NCBI RefSeq assembly: GCF_006345805.1 | Contig: NC_042998.1 | Location: 40,734,001-40,798,000 of the forward strand | Reading direction: 5' to 3' | Length of the DNA stretch: 64,000 nt | DNA from: Octopus sinensis | Lineage: Eukaryota | Shown here: in pieces, positions 61,961 to 64,000 of the stretch | Numbering within the stretch: the stretch's first letter is position 1 | Layout of the letters: every line of letters starts with the position of its first letter | The notes under the pieces: generated by a model | Told to the model about the DNA's origin: nothing | Database searches by the model: none | What the model saw: only the letters and a program-made list of their open reading frames with translations | Translations under genes and position numbers: made by a program

Positions 61961-63179
61961 TTGTGTAACAATCCAGGAAATTACTCATTAAGTGGAAATA
62001 ACCACAGGATCAGTGCATTCCACTTTAACGGAGGGGTTATGCATGTGGAGAGTGTTGGTGAAATTCATCCCCAAGGTGCTGGTGGAGCAGCAGAACCAAC
62101 TCCACATGGAAATTGCATCATGTATATGGTGGTGGTGGTGGTGATGAGTTCAAATTTTACCAATGTTGATTCAACTTTTCATCTCTCTCATGAAGCAGTA
62201 GAATGTGTAACTATTATTGTTGCAACTACATGGATTAGAACAAAATACAATCAAAATGTTCATGCATTTCATGTGGTCATTGAGATTTGATATTTTATTT
62301 CACTGTTTCAGTGAATGATAGGTGTGTTGCTTAAATGAAGCTTTTTAATAATCTGAAAGCATTCTTTTCAATATTTTGTTTCAGATTTGTATCTGAGAGC
62401 TATTTTGCCAAGATGGACCGATATTTTTTATGAATCTAGCGTATTCTCTGTTGTTGTTATTAGTACCAAATCACTGCCTTTAATTAATTTGAATTAAAAT
62501 TTACAAAATGAACAAAAACAAATTTACAATATACATAATAAAAAAATTAATAAAAAAAAAGCAATTCGAAACCAAAAACAGCTGAAAATTAAATAACCAG
62601 CACTAACAGAATACAGTTACACATAAATACATAATTAATAGGCCCACACAAAGAGAATAAAATTAAATTCATTGGTAATTAAAATATTACACATAGACAC
62701 AACAGTATTCAAATTTTCACATAATTGTGAAGACTATAGAAGTCTACTTGATGACAGAGTGAAATATAATCTATATGAAGAGAAAATGCATAATAACCAA
62801 TGGATTGTTGTATTTACACAACAATCAAGTACTAAGCAAGATACTTATAAAATCACTGTTTCTATATGCAAATTTATGTCTGGGTTATTTTTAAACTTCC
62901 TTATTTCAAATTAATGATATAATATCAATAATTTATTCAGATGCTGAACTAGAGAAACTGAAGTATTCAAAATGTCCAGGAACATGTTCTAATGAAAATA
63001 ATCCAGCTTTCATTGCATCAATTTATGATTGTATCAATTTAAGAAAACAAGCAAGTGTTCATTTAAGAGGAATGCCATTTGAAGAATATTCATTCATAGC
63101 TTTCACAACCATAATTAAAAGAATATTTCGAGATTAAAATATTCAAACATTATATTTATGTCTACATACAAGTATTTAA

Positions 63180-63402
63180 CCCTTTTGTTATCATATTTCA
63201 GTTTAAATACACTACCTTTGTTTCAGTTCATTTTTAAATTACTGAAGAATTTGTCGAAATAACTTTGCTGTTTTTAAGCGGGTGTTTAGAACATAAATTA
63301 ACATAAAATTTTGAAGGAAGGCTTTAATTTTGATCACTTTAAAACTTGAAGCTTGTATCATAGAACCAGAAACAGTCTCAGGAGGACTGGTATTAAAAGG
63401 GG
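63180..63402. mobile_element. piggyBac-type MITE
   Basis: TTAA at 63176-63179 and 63403-63406; imperfect TIRs CCCTTTTGTTATCA and CCCCTTTTAATACCA (reverse complement). Confidence 0.8.
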
Positions 63403-64000
63403 TTAAATATATTGCATTGAAGAAGAAGTGATTAATTGGATGTAAAACATCTGAAAAAAATAGTAAGAAAATGGATACACTAATAGAAATAATGATGATT
63501 ATGATGCTGCTGCTACTGCCGATGATAATGGTAGCAGTGCTGATTTTCAAACAATGTCTTTGCATTTTCGTCATAATTGCTGTTGTGATTGTCCTTGTCA
63601 CTGCAGCTGCCACCATCATCTTCACCACCCACACCACCATTGTCATTGATTGTAAATAAGTATTTAATTTCATCCTTTTGCTGAAACATCACTGTTTCCA
63701 TCCTGTCTTAAGTATTAGTGAAAGCTTGCAATCCTGATCAGATTTTTGCAAGTCAACACTCAGATCCATCTTCAGGCTGACTACCATAAAATGTGTCTCT
63801 TTTAATTTTTATTTTCTTTCTCTTCTTATATTGCACCAGAACTCTAGATTGTAATAAAAGATCTGTGAATCTCTTCTGGTTACTCATTTAATTCTTTTAT
63901 CAAGTATTGTTACTGGAAGGCATGTCTATAAACAGCAGCTTGTCTGACATTTTACCTAGTCAACAGCTGAGAAATATTTTTTTTCCATTGGATAGGATGC

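Overview
AT-rich animal genomic DNA with no intact host gene that I can support. The repeat families (a tRNA/CORE-type SINE with an internal microsatellite, RTE LINEs with (GAT)n tails, TTAA-flanked MITEs) suggest an octopus/coleoid genome; this is an inference from recalled families. The window holds decayed transposons separated by microsatellites: several RTE LINE copies, a split Helitron RepHel, piggyBac-like, Tc1 and mariner remnants, an R4/Dong-like RT fragment, a Penelope-like GIY-YIG remnant, MITEs and many SINEs. Most six-frame ORFs are microsatellite artefacts or antisense frames of these TEs. The most interesting unexplained signal is a set of hammerhead-ribozyme-like motifs. Two lie in ~200-bp elements flanked by (TA)n (24.4 kb, inside a long fold-back; 35.2 kb), and more decayed ones occur at 15.8, 21.6, 30.0-30.6, 43.2 and 59.6 kb, near a Penelope-like endonuclease remnant. 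Other notable items are a tandemly expanded RTE 3' UTR and an inverted copy of the target site at a SINE junction. All folds and alignments were done by eye; coordinates of decayed elements are approximate.
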